Origin: Eledone cirrhosa
Lineage: Eukaryota
Assembly (NCBI GenBank): GCA_964016885.1
Contig: OZ024749.1
Span: forward strand, 25,358,001-25,422,000
DNA: 64,000 bases
Direction: 5' to 3'
Positions within the stretch are counted from its first letter, which is position 1. Each line of letters starts with the position of its first letter. Below the pieces are notes generated by a model, which saw nothing but the letters and a program-made list of their open reading frames with translations, was not told the DNA's origin and ran no database searches. Shown here piece after piece: positions 26,294 through 43,262 of the stretch. The position numbers and the translations under genes were made by a program.

Positions 26294-26889
26294 ATATATA
26301 TATATATATATATACACAGCACCAGCTTATATATATATACATATAAATATACATTATGTCATGTCTCTGGCTATTTATATATATTATCAATGTAAAATAC
26401 GTGTATATCTCAGACCATATATACATAATATATATATATATGTGTGTATATATTTATACATATATACATATATATATATATATGTGTGTATATATATATA
26501 TGAGTCTGTCTCTGTGTGTGCGTGTGTGTGTGGCTGTGTGTTGTGTTGGCCGCGAGACAAAAGGCTAGCGTAAATTAGAGATCCGAGTGATAAAGTACAG
26601 AACGAGTTGTTAATACTTTAAGAAACACACATATAGATGGATTACCTACGTCTTTTGGGAATGATACTGTCTGATATTTTTGTAAGTCTTAACAACCCAG
26701 GACTTAGCACAAGCTTTAGATCAATTCACTAAATACATTACTCTACTTGGTCTGGGTTGGTTTGGTATGGTATGGTCTGATCTGGTTTGCTCCTGTTCAA
26801 TTATCTCTTAGTTCATTCTTGCCCCAAGGGATCGCCTTTGTTTTTCAATTACAGTTTCTGTTAATAATTTAACTATGAGACCCCAAAAC

Positions 26890-26973
<84 letters not shown>

Positions 26974-27708
26974 TCTCTCTTCCTCTATATCTATGATACT
27001 CCTTCACACTAGATTGCTTTGTCTCTCTTTGACGCCTTTCCCATCCCACTCCTCTCGTTCTTTATTCCCACTACTTATTCTCTCTCTCACTCTCTCTCTC
27101 TCTTCACCTTTATGTGTGCTCTCATCAAATCCTTGTACATTTATATATATATATATATATATATCTGTGTATGTGTGTATGCGTGTGTGTGCGTGTGTGT
27201 ATGTGCGTGTGTTTGTTTGTGTGCGTCAATATATTTTTCATAATACTGGCAGCGTACATTTTACACTATGTTTACATGACGGTGTTCCTGTATTTATACA
27301 GTTTTATAGTTTTAAATATATTTTTATGAGGGGATTTTACCCCGAAATATTGAGAAATATTAATCTACACCAATTTATTTCTATCATTATTTTAATATTT
27401 AATATCCCATTTGCATTGATATAACACTAATAAAACACAGGATTCGGCATTCTACACAATACTTCAGGAAAATTACAACACTCTCTTAAAATGCTTCATT
27501 TTATTTTATATTTTAGCATTTGTTCTGTTATTAATGTGTGAAATGAAGTAGGAAAATTCCAAATTTCCAAAGTTAAGGCAGGGAAATTAAAGCCTAGCCG
27601 AAAACAACAACAGCTAGAAGTAATATGACTTGATAAATGCGTCGACAAACATCGACAGGAATGCCTTCACGTTTATTGCATTTTGATTTACTTTTTGCAT
27701 ATGCGTAT

Positions 27709-27800
<92 letters not shown>

Positions 27801-27930
27801 AAAAGAGTCAGGACCACGACAGCTCGACAGCTGAGCTCCGACTGTTTCGACAACTAGGTCTAGTTGTCGAAAGTCCTGATGATTTCTCCCGAATGAAACA
27901 GTTCTAGTGCTGTAGAAGGCATTTCTATAT

Positions 27931-28003
<73 letters not shown>

Positions 28004-28075
28004 ATATATATATATATATAAAATATTTAAAGACTAAAATCCAAAGAAGGCTCGATAAGGATAAATATATATAAC

Positions 28076-28121
<46 letters not shown>

Positions 28122-28432
28122 GTGATATATATTATCCTCATCGAGCCTTCTTTATACATACATAAATAAAACAGGATATGTTCTGTTTATAACTGTTTCA
28201 ACAATTACTCAACAGAGTACTCGATACATGGTATAGTAGATTATAGTTATACTGTAAAGAATCGGGTCTCGACTCTTTATAATATTTATATATATATACA
28301 GTGAGAGAGAGAGAGATATATAGACAGAGAGAACGAAATAGACAGACATGCAGAAGTTGTGTGACAGATGGAGAGATCCTACACTTGTGACGCTCAACTC
28401 TCCCTATTTCTCTCTTTCTCTCTCTATCTCTC

Positions 28433-28476
<44 letters not shown>

Positions 28477-28757
28477 AAAGTTCTATTTAAAATTGTTGGG
28501 ATACAACAAGTAAATATTTTATAACTAATATAAAGCACTCGACAAGTTTTTGGAGTAGATATACGATATTAAATAAATAGAAACTATATTTATAAAACCA
28601 TATTTATTTCATTATACATATTTCAGGGATACCAAATTAAAATATGGTATGCCTTCATCAGACAAAATACAAAATACACTATCCTGACAGCTTCCAAAAG
28701 TAATGGTCGCTTCTAATAGGGTACGTCAAAATTATTTATAAAACTGTTTATATATTG

Positions 28758-28822
28758 TATTTTGTCTGATGAAGGCATACCATATTTTAATTTGGTATCC
28801 CTGAAATATGTATAATGAAATA
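28758..28822 (+). ncRNA. Minimal type I hammerhead ribozyme in fold-back element 28475-28866 (inverted copy about 28603-28669)
   Basis: TATTTTGT CTGATGA agg cATACCA..TGGTATc cct GAAA TATGTA TA ATGAAATA; stem I pairs with two G-U wobbles. Confidence 0.8.
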
Positions 28823-29107
28823 AATATGGTTTTATAAATATAGTTTCCATTTATTTAATATCGTATATATATATATATATCACCCTCTTCCCCCCTCTCT
28901 GTCCCCATTACTGTATCTGCCTATCTATCTATTTATATTTACACCGTTATATCCATCTATCTACCTCTTTTCTTCGTCTATCTCAGTTCTCAATACTAAC
29001 CTACCAACCATCTTCCATTCAATCCTCAATTTTATTCCTTTGTGATTTGATGGCCAACCTAGTCAGTCCATTTCCACACATCTCTTGCCTATTAATATTA
29101 GTTCCAG

Positions 29108-29822
29108 GGGCGGTGGATTGGCAGTATCGGTAGAGGGTTCGACGCCATGCTTTCCAGCATAGTTACGCTCCTTTGCGAACTGAGTTCAAATCCCGCCTAG
29201 GTTAACTTTGCCTTTCAGCCTTACGTGGTCGATAAAATAAAGTACCAATTTATATACTGGGATCATTGGTGGCCTTCTACCAAAAGTAGAAACAATTAAT
29301 ATTAGTTCCAGGACAATCACTCTAACTAACTTGTATTAATTTACGGACTGAGTTCAAATCCCGTCGAGGTTAACTTTGCCTTTCATCCTAATGTGGTCGA
29401 TAAAATAAAGTACCAGTTTATATACTGGGATAATTGGTGGCCTTCTGCCAAAAGTAGAAACAATTAATATTAGTTCCAGGACAATCACTCTAACTAACTT
29501 GTATTAATTTCGGTGGATTGGCAGTATCGGTAGAGGGTCGGACGCCATGCTTTCCAGCATAGTTACGTCCCTTTACGATCTGAGTTCAAATCCCGCCGAG
29601 GTTGACTTTGCCTTTCATCCTTACGGGGTCGATAAAATAAAGTACCAGTAATGCACTGGGTAATTACTGGCCTTGTGCCTAAAGTAGAAACAATTAATTT
29701 AAGGACTGAGTTCAAATCCCGTCGAGGGTAATTTTGCCTTTCATCCTTACGGGGTCGATAAAATAAAGTACCAGTTGTACACTGGGATCATTTCTGGCCT
29801 TGTGCCAAAGTAGAAACAATTA
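29108..29822 (+). mobile_element. Tandem array of four Nin-domain tRNA-SINE units
   Basis: A box (tggcagtatcgg), B box (gagttcaaatcc) and gcctttcatccttacggggtcgataaaataaagtacca repeated four times; two units lack the A-box head. Confidence 0.85.
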
Positions 29823-30127
29823 ATTTAATTAATTTAATTAATTTCTTTATTCATATTACTGGTACCTACCCACATGTGTGTTGTGCAATCTTTTCTGCCC
29901 CATATCTGCATCTAGATATTTCGTTTTAACTTTCTTTTTGTCCACTAACCGTTCTGCTTTCATCCTGAATAAGAATCGTTATATGCTATTAATGCAATGG
30001 TGTTGAATATTCCTCTCTTCGGAAGCATCCGAAACTATGATAAATTCCAGAGGACAGTCGATGAGCGGCAACTGTCTAGGCGCTGGTCCCTTCTGAGTTT
30101 TCTGTTTCCTGTACATCTCGCACGTGT

Positions 30128-30191
<64 letters not shown>

Positions 30192-30310
30192 ATGTGTGTG
30201 TATGCATACATATATATATATATAAATATATATATATATTTATATACATACATATATATATAAATATATATATATATGTATATACATACATATATAAATA
30301 TATATATATG

Positions 30311-30432
<122 letters not shown>

Positions 30433-30629
30433 AAGAGTGAAGAATAACATGGTCAACAGTACAAGAAGGGTTTATTTACAGTATTAAAAATTACTTTCAT
30501 TGATTAAGTTGTCTTAAAATTGCTAATCACTTGAAGTTGTGTCATTCAATTTTCCTCAACAATGTATGCTCAACCGAGTCATCAGAAAAACTAAATAAAA
30601 TTATACACGGCGTTCACAAATTCAAATTA

Positions 30630-30722
30630 CAACATCAGTAATAAACATCAGTAATAAACATCAGTAATAAACATCAGTAATAAACATCAGTAATAAACAT
30701 TAGTAATAAACATCAGTAATAC
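30630..30722. repeat. 13-bp minisatellite (aacatcagtaata) x about 7
   Basis: Read directly from the sequence. Confidence 0.9.
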
Positions 30723-30829
30723 AATGCCGTACGCTAAAACTATCCACAATACGGAGTTTCACAACCTCTAACTGGATTACCTATAACGATAACTTGTTAT
30801 CCCCTATATATATATATATATATATGTTT

Positions 30830-31015
30830 ATTTCGGTTTCAATCGGGAGTAACTATAGCAAGTAAGGTACTCAATACCTGGCAGAGTATAAATATTTAAT
30901 ATAGAAATGGCTTCTAAAGGACTAGAACTGTTTTATTCATCATCATATCCTGATGATTTCTTCCGAATGAAACGCATCTAGTCCTGTTGAAGCCATTTCT
31001 ATATTTAAATATCTA
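30830..31015. mobile_element. Fold-back pLTR remnant with a hammerhead core (30950-30978) and a left tail; related segment at 27876-27932
   Basis: atatagaaatggcttc / gaagccatttctatat arms; CTGATGA TTTC-ttcc-GAAT GAAA C. Confidence 0.6.
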
Positions 31016-31071
31016 TATATCTATATATATATACAGAGTGTGAGAGATAGATAGAGAGAGAGAGAGAGGGT

Positions 31072-31102
<31 letters not shown>

Positions 31103-31739
31103 GGGAGGGCTATATAATGAGAGAGAAAGAAAGAAAGAGCGACGATACACAGATATATAGATTCATTGAGAGAGAGAGAGAGAGAGGAATAGAAAGATCG
31201 ATGAATAGCTATATAGATCACTCTCTTTCCTCACTCACACGATCGCCCTCACTACTTGTTCTCTCACTCACATTGTCTCATTATGTTACCAAACGTAGAA
31301 ACAATTGTGTTTCTGTGCCGCTGCTGTGGCAAACAGGCTAATGGTTTTCAAGTAAACTCTCGATAATCCGGCAGACAAGAGAAGCCGACGTCGAGGTTAG
31401 ATATTACATATGTGCCAGGCTCCATTTATAAGAATTATACAGTCGTACGGAGAGAATCAGCGAAGCTGTGCTATGAGACGTGAACTGATCTTAATCCATT
31501 AAGCAAAAGTGTAAACGTCAATACATTTCTGGAGAATACGAAATGCAAGTTGATGTAATAAATCATTGCCTCAGACATCAATTCCAAACATCAATTCCAT
31601 TTCTTCATTTCTTTCCATCCTTTTTTTATCTTTTATTTTCTCACTTCTTTTCTGTCTTTCTTTCCTTCTATTTTTTTGGTTCGGTTTGGTCTTTCACACG
31701 TCGTTAATTTTCTACGTATATTTACATAATATATACATC

Positions 31740-31859
<120 letters not shown>

Positions 31860-31869
31860 TATACATATA

Positions 31870-31976
<107 letters not shown>

Positions 31977-32005
31977 ATATATATTTGTATATATATATAT
32001 GTACA

Positions 32006-32312
32006 TATATTTATTAAAATAACAGATTAAAGTTTAAGCAAAGAATCGCTGCTTTCACCCTTAACGAACCAAAATATCGTCTTCCTGTCTTCCTCCGGTT
32101 GCAACGATTTTTGAAATATCCAGTTCTGCGTTTACAGATTGACTTTGTTAGTTTCAGAAGATCCCGTTAAGGGTGAAAGCAGCGATTCTTTGCTTAAACT
32201 TTAATCTGTTATTTTAATAAATATTTGCTCTACGGTTCTTATATATTTGATATATATTTTCCCTATCGAGCCCTCTTTGGATTTTAGTCTTCAATTTTAT
32301 TATTATTACTAT
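32006..32312 (+). mobile_element. Solo fold-back pLTR + tail of the Naiad-like element at 60-63.5 kb
   Basis: Matches 63220-63467; inverted arm at 32006-32066. Confidence 0.88.
32135..32208 (+). ncRNA. Variant type I hammerhead (CAGAAGA core)
   Basis: CAGATTGA-ctttgtt-AGTTT CAGAAGA tCCC-gttaa-GGGt GAAA GCA..TGC TT AAACT TTAATCTG; all three stems pair. Confidence 0.55.
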
Positions 32313-32435
32313 ATGTACATATATATATATATATATATATACAAATATATATTCACACACAAACACACATACACACACACATATATATATATGTGTGTGT
32401 GTGTGTGCGTATGTGTGTGTATATATATTTGTATG

Positions 32436-32484
<49 letters not shown>

Positions 32485-32487
32485 GTG

Positions 32488-32518
<31 letters not shown>

Positions 32519-32639
32519 ATGTATATATACGCAGAAATAGAGATAGATATATGCTTTTGTGAATATAACTCCATGTATTATTTGAAACATATGTACGTAT
32601 AGGAGTGTTTTTCGAGCAGACGTATATAATGCACACCCG

Positions 32640-32676
<37 letters not shown>

Positions 32677-34348
32677 ATGTGTGTGGTTGGGTATATGTGT
32701 GTATGTGTGTGCGTGTGCGTGCACATCTAGATGTATATATATATGTATACACAGAGAGCGATAGTAAGAGAGAGGCAGTTGGGATGATATACATGGAGAC
32801 AGATATCCACGTACCTACGATAATCCATATATAAATACAAACATACATACATAAACACATACATAAATACATAACTATACATACAAACATTCTTACATAA
32901 ATCATGCATAATAATTATATATATAAACGTAGTTTCACCTGCCGAACTAATGTAAATATATGATTTAAAATTAATGACAAACAGAAATTGGATGGACATC
33001 TGCTTCGAAATAAATTACCTCTCTACCTACAATACATATTTTTACATATTTACACATATTGTACAGTAAACTGAGTACATCCATTTTCTTAATATTTATA
33101 AACCCTACCTGCAGGACTTTGACATACTAGATTTATGTCTCGGAAACGGCTTGGTAAAGCAGTAACACTGTTTATATTTACATATCCGTATATGAACATA
33201 TACATGTATGAATATATACATATTTACATGCATACATACTTACACACATACATATATTGATGTTGGCTGCAAACACTGCTAAGAGATTTGCAATCGCTTG
33301 TCAGATTATAGAGTTACGAGCATTATAGGCTACTACCAGACACACGAACCTATACCATATCCTGAACAAGCAATGCCTGTGCTTTGAAGATTTTTAAGTG
33401 GAGAAAGGTTTTGCATTTGACCAATCCCACTCTCTGAGCATCGAAAACACTACCCGAAAAGGAGTACTGGTCAACATCATTGGATGCATACACACCTACA
33501 TACGTATGTACTTATATAGACACATGTATTCATTAATACATACATATTATATGCATACACACATACATAAGTATGTACATGCATACATACACATATAGAC
33601 GCATACCTATACATATATACATAAATATATATGTTTATCTATGTGTATATATATGTACGTATGTATGTAAATATGTATATATGTTTGGTTAAGTCGCTCT
33701 CGAGTGCTACTGGTAACATGTAACCCAGTACAACCTGCATCATGGTTGAGTCATCGGCGACTAAACCGGCAACCCAATCAAGCTTGCTTGGTGACGAATG
33801 TGATATTTGGACACTCTGCAGCATGAAATACAAGACCCGGCAGAGGGCGGATGGATTCAGCAGTGTCAACGGCCATCCAAATAGTAATTTTTTATTTCTT
33901 TTGCACCTGGGAGTGAAAACCAAGTTGTTGTCACAACACCTTTCTAGGCGAAGGAAACTGAAAAAATACCTTAACAGAAAAATCCTTATCAGAAAAACAA
34001 AATTAACTTGAAATATTTTACGGGCGTTCATTTTCTAACCTTGGAAAATTAATCTTTCAATGGTGAATATAGAATGATAATATAATCTCTCATCACAAAA
34101 CAGCCAACGGCATAAATATGATCGACTAAAATCAATAAGAGGGAGGAAACAATATCGCCGCAGTTTAATCTAATAAAAGAGTAAAACAAGGAGAATAAAT
34201 GATGACATAGTTTTTACTTACGTTTTTTAAACCAGGATTTTGTAATTTAAAAACAGCTTCTATACATATAACTAACCTATCTATATTTCACCCCCTCTCT
34301 TTCTCTCTCACAATCTCTCTAGCTATCTCTCTCTATATATGTGTGTAT

Positions 34349-34442
<94 letters not shown>

Positions 34443-34528
34443 ATATAAATATATATAAATATATATAAATATAAATATATATGGATATAAATATATATTA
34501 ATATATATATGGATATATAGATATATAT

Positions 34529-35822
34529 TTCGTTTCTGAATTTGTTTAGCAAGAATCTTTATCTGAAAACGTGTGTTGAAACCGATAGTGTTATGCTTTG
34601 GGAGGGTCATGTTGCCAATAAGACACACACGCACCAAGTGCTTTCACTTCAATTTATTATAAATTAAATTTATAAATTTAGGAATTTATAAATTTCCGGT
34701 TGGCTGGTTGGTTCCACAACCAGACGATTGTTCATAAATTTTCAAAGTTCTTTCGTCACACATTCTGTGACCTCTTCAGTGAATGGGGATTATTTTCTTT
34801 GTTTTTGTGCCTCTCCTTTGTTCTATCCTACGCCATCTTGTTTTTGTGTGTGTTGCGTGCTTAGTTTGCGCATGGGTTACATCCGGGCGTCTGTGTGTGT
34901 TTATATTTGTTTATTTATTTGTTTATTTACATGTTACTGGTTGGTTGTTTGTTCTATGTGTGTGTTTTCATTTTGTCCTTAATTGTGAGTTATGATGTTG
35001 CTGTTCCATTCATGTTTTCTATTTAATTTTGGTTGGAGTTCATTTATGTTTATTGCCTCTGTGATTTATCTAAACATTGCGTTTTTTCTGTGTGTAGATT
35101 CTATTTTTATTTCTATGTTTTCTAATTTACCCTTATGTTCTATTTTAGCATGTTGGTGGAGTACAGATGATTCTTTACTATCTTGAAGCTCTCGCCAGTG
35201 TTCATTTATCCGTTCTCCTATACTACGAGCTGTCTCACCTATGTACACTATATTCTTATCTCTACATTGTCCTTCCGTACATCTTATGCTATATACTACA
35301 TTTCTAGTTTTACAGTTAATATGGGGGCTTAGTTTACAGATTAAACATTTTTTATCTATACAGGGAGGTCTTTGAAAAGGGTATGTATTGCTAATAAGTG
35401 TTTTTATGGAGGTACCTGGTTTTTCTACTATCTTAATACTGAGTTTATGTTTATCTAGGGCCCTTCTAAATTGTAAGCTAATTCACCTCTAGGGGTTGTA
35501 TCGATGAACATTACACTCTGGTATTTATTGCTATCATACCATGAGTTTATTCTATTAACCTTATTCCTAGTTCTTCCTATTCTATTTCAAAATGTGCTCC
35601 TATACAAGGGGCAGGTTCCATTTGTATCAGTATTTACCATTTCTTCCCATTTGGTTCTGGCTCCTCTATATACTCTGATTTTTTCTCTCTGATTGTAACC
35701 AGAGAACTGCATACGGTGGATGAAGTGTTGTATGTGTCTTTCTAGTTCTTTATATTAAATTGACGTGAAAGCACTGGTGCGTGTGTTTCTTATTGGCAAC
35801 ATGACCCTCCAAAAGCATAACA
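34529..35822 (-). mobile_element. Diverged relative of the 1.5-7.6 kb PLE (degenerate thumb + GIY-YIG, pLTR, tail) with an inverted pLTR piece at 35757-35822
   Basis: YIGETARSIGERINEHW; shared gggagggtcat pLTR end; hammerhead-like motif at 34741-34783. Confidence 0.85.
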
Positions 35823-35937
35823 ATATATATATATAGTTATACTTCGGGCGGGTCATGCTGCCAATAATAACAAATTCAAAAACGAAAAAGTATATATATA
35901 TACATGTATTTATGTATATATATATATGTATATATAT

Positions 35938-36454
<517 letters not shown>

Positions 36455-36987
36455 GAAATGTAGTAAAGACGAATAACGATGGAGGTGTTGGATGGTGATT
36501 GGTGGATGGTGATTGGTGGAGAACAGATTGTTATAGATGGTGGTTTAGAGGTGAGGAAGTAGACCATAAATAAAAATCAATTTTACCGACGTTTGTTTTC
36601 TTAATGACTTTACTCTTATAATTCTGCTCCGCCATTTACGTGGCTTGTAACCATTTTACTTGAGTTGAAGAATACTCTGTCATTTTTGTTTGGCTTGTTT
36701 TTGATTCTTTTTTGTATTTGTTTTTGTTTCTTTTGGTATTGTTTTGTTATTAATAATTTTATTTTTGTTTTGTTTTTTTATTGCTTTTTGTTGAAATTAA
36801 CAGAGAACTTATATCAATGAAAGGATAATAAAAGTATCGATTTCTATGATTGGCACAAAACCACATATTTGAACTGTATTGGAGACCGCCGACTGAATCA
36901 TCAAAGTAGACAAACTCGTACGCACCCCCACCATATATACTTATATATATATATATATATATGATATATGAATTATATATATATGAG

Positions 36988-37083
<96 letters not shown>

Positions 37084-37666
37084 TTATGTTACTGTCCTAT
37101 GTAGTTTCATATACATGTATAGCTCCAAAATGGCTGATTGGTAACGACGTGTCTCTTTTTTCTTATTGTTCCCATTCCTTCCTCTTTCCTACTCTCTATA
37201 TTTCTATCTTAGCTATTATTTCTAATTCTATCTTCTTATGAAGGACGAGTGTCCGAATCGTTAAGACTTTTTTATGTTATTTCAAGCGTTAAACCAATAT
37301 AATTATCAATGTGTTGTGTCGTTTGCCTTTTATTTCTATTTACTATTTACATACATAAAGGCGCGCGCACACACACATACACACACACATATATACATAC
37401 ACACACACACAGACACACACGCATACCCACTCACACACTCACACAAACACAGATATACATATATATATATATATATAAGAGACGTAAAATAAGAAAATTA
37501 TAAAATTAACTTACTTACTAAAATATAACTTCCAACTAATTAGTTTCTGGAATGGAGTAAATATATTTTCTGAAGAATAATATAGAGAAGCATTCCGTCG
37601 TCAAAACCTATATATAGCATTGATATGCATCTGTATGTATATATATGTTACTAGATATGAATTCTT

Positions 37667-40830
<3,164 letters not shown>

Positions 40831-40846
40831 ATATATATGTATATAT

Positions 40847-41498
40847 GGAAGACCACTGATGAAGGACAAACTTTTTCATATGTATACCATTTGCAACGCC
40901 GCAGCTCCATTATTATCATATTTACACATATATTTGTTCCTCTGCCGCTACTCGTCTGTTTCGTTCTTTGTATCTTTACCCTTTCTAGCAGTCTCTCTCT
41001 CTGTTAGCCTCTTCCTCACCTTTCACTCACTCATTCTCTGTCACTACCTCTCCTCCTCCTCTTTCTTTCCGTTTGACCTGTCCGTAATTCTTTTCTCGCG
41101 CGCTCTTGGCCAAGCCGGTATGAATTTTGTTTCTCTCTCTCTCTCTCGTCTGGAATTTCACAGAACTTATGTTTACCGAAATCGCAGACCAGACCCCTTC
41201 TTCCTCCAGTTAGACCTGTGCGAAATTCCTTCCTTGCTCACATTTCAACCAGGTTTGATGGTCTTTATTCTCTAGTTCACAATTTCACCGAATTTATATT
41301 CATAGAAATCTGGGACTTGTCTCTTTCTTCATCACTTTCTGTTGCTTAAACCATTTTGTTTGTTTACCCTAGCGTCCCCTTTATTTACGTGTCCCAACGA
41401 CTTTTTTTAGCCGTTGCTCGCACCAACCTGAGGTATATGGTCTTTAAAGCGATGAAATGCCTATGACGGTTGGAAGGCCACTGATGAAGGACAAACTG

Positions 41499-41506
<8 letters not shown>
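40847..41506 (+). mobile_element. Non-coding element, about 625-bp unit with a 35-bp terminal direct repeat containing a CTGATGA half-hammerhead
   Basis: ggaag(a/g)ccactgatgaaggacaaact(t/g)tttcatat at 40847 and 41472; (TA)n on both sides. Confidence 0.7.
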
Positions 41507-41592
<86 letters not shown>

Positions 41593-41727
41593 ATAAGTAG
41601 AAGGGATATTTAATGTGTTAGAAGTCCGACAAATGTAAATATTTATCACTGATTTAGAGCACTCAACAAGTTACTGGAGTAAATATTCAATGATATTAAA
41701 TAAATGGAAACTATATTTATAAAACCA

Positions 41728-41791
41728 TATTTTATCTGATGAAAGCGTACCAATGTTGTCTTGGTACCCTAGAAATATATATAATAAAATA
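41728..41791 (+). ncRNA. Minimal type I hammerhead ribozyme in fold-back element 41595-41835
   Basis: TATTTTAT CTGATGA ..GTACCAA-tgttgtc-TTGGTAC.. GAAA TATATA TA ATAAAATA (8-bp stem I). Confidence 0.8.
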
Positions 41792-41852
41792 AATATGGTT
41801 TTATAAATATAGTTTCCATTTATTTAATATCATTCTATATATATATATATAT

Positions 41853-42522
41853 ATGCCGTTAGCTTCTTGCTAAAACAATCTCTATACGTCTCATTTATAT
41901 TTATACTCGGATTCTTTTCCTAGAGTGCTTAAACTATCTGTGACTAATCCCGGTTTTTTTCATAAAAACTGTGATAATTATTGCTATTTTGCTGAACTCC
42001 TTGTAGAGTTTTTTTCAGAATGTATTTGACTGCTATTTCTTGTAAATAAACATTCACTTCCATCCTGACGTCACTAGCCCCGTTTTTTTCCTCATGTGCT
42101 TTTTCATAAATACACATGAAGGCGAACTAGCCAGTTTTAGAATTCCCTTTTTCGGACTATATTACTGTGAGAGCCCTGGTTTTCTGTTGAGCTCTGCTGA
42201 TGAATGATATTCCAACCGTGACCATCTCCACTGAAAGTTTTCATGAAATAGTCTTTTAAGACTATACAGAGCATTTGATGTTATTCCAAATTGAAGGATA
42301 AGTGTTTCAAACTTTGTTTTATCATGAGTTAAAGGTCTATAGATTTTTCCATGGATTTTACTAAATTCTGTGGATGAATTTGTATCCTGATTCTCTTTTG
42401 AGATGAGTTTGAGTTATTTTTCCTAAATCTTTCGTTAACTACTTTTCCCATCTTGACGTTATAGTCGCATATATGTTATAGAATGCCGTTAGCTTCTTGC
42501 TAAAACAATCTCTATACGTCTC

Positions 42523-42530
<8 letters not shown>
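41853..42530 (+). mobile_element. Retrozyme-like element: 630-bp non-coding unit, 48-bp terminal redundancy, one complete hammerhead
   Basis: Identical repeat at 41853-41900 and 42483-42530; (TA)n flanks; hammerhead at 42191-42272. Confidence 0.8.
42191..42272 (+). ncRNA. Complete type I hammerhead ribozyme
   Basis: GCTCTG CTGATGA ATGA-(33 nt)-TCAT GAAA TAGTCT-ttta-AGACTA TA CAGAGC. Stems I, II and III are all Watson-Crick; predicted cleavage after 42266. Confidence 0.88.
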
Positions 42531-42591
<61 letters not shown>

Positions 42592-42632
42592 CGAAACATA
42601 AGTCAACTGCATGAACTCATAATCCTTTTTTT

Positions 42633-42688
42633 ACTGCTATATATATTTCGATGATAGCCATTGAATGGCTATGACCTCATCAGGCAGT
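42633..42688 (-). ncRNA. Minimal type I hammerhead ribozyme in short element about 42588-42750
   Basis: Reverse complement: ACTGC CTGATGA GGTcATAGCCAT-tca-ATGGCTATcATC GAAA TATATA TA GCAGT. Confidence 0.88.
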
Positions 42689-42787
42689 TAGTCAGTTCTC
42701 AGATATACCAGCCCTGTGTTTATAGTGTTGATGGTATCAGAGGCTTGGGACATGGATCTCGGGAATTTTACCCGCCCTAGAAAAGAA

Positions 42788-42824
<37 letters not shown>

Positions 42825-42827
<3 letters not shown>

Positions 42828-43101
42828 TTTTTTTCTAGGGCGGGTAAAATTCCCGAGATCCATGGACGAGTTCTCTCCAGCGGTCTCTGTCCCTCATTAC
42901 ATTATCGCTGCCATGTCCTGCGTCTCCAACAGACCAGTGTCTGTCCTTAGGACATCAACATACGTTAACCTTGGTCTTCCTCTTCCAGTGTGTCCATGTA
43001 GAGGCTCCCACAAGAGCACTGAGTGCAATGTCTACTCTGGATGTCGGTGAGCATATCCAGCTAAACTCAGTCTCCTCTGTATCAATTTTGAGCTGACCTT
43101 T
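42825..43101 (-). mobile_element. 3' end of an RTE-type LINE
   Basis: Reverse complement translates as KVSSKLIQRRLSLAGYAHRH..VLLWEPLHGHTGRGRPRLTYVDVL..DRDRWRELV, with stops. Confidence 0.75.
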
Positions 43102-43262
43102 TGGCACAAGGCCAGCAATTATTCCAGTTTATTACTGGTACTTTATTTTATCGACCCCGTAAGGATGAACGGCAAAGTTAACATCGGCGGCATTTGAACT
43201 CAGTCCATAGAGGGCTGTAACTCTTTGCAGCAAAGCTTAGCGTCCGACCCTCTACCGAAACT
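43102..43262 (-). mobile_element. Nin-domain SINE
   Basis: Reverse complement of the 29.1-kb unit (B box, atccttacggggtcgataaaataaagtaccag). Confidence 0.8.

Noticed and set aside
29108-29200. tRNA gene
   Set aside because: The A/B boxes belong to a SINE head; no cloverleaf can be folded.
33690-33880. Possible RTE-type 5'UTR remnant
   Set aside because: The resemblance is only impressionistic, with no ORF or second copy in the window to support it.
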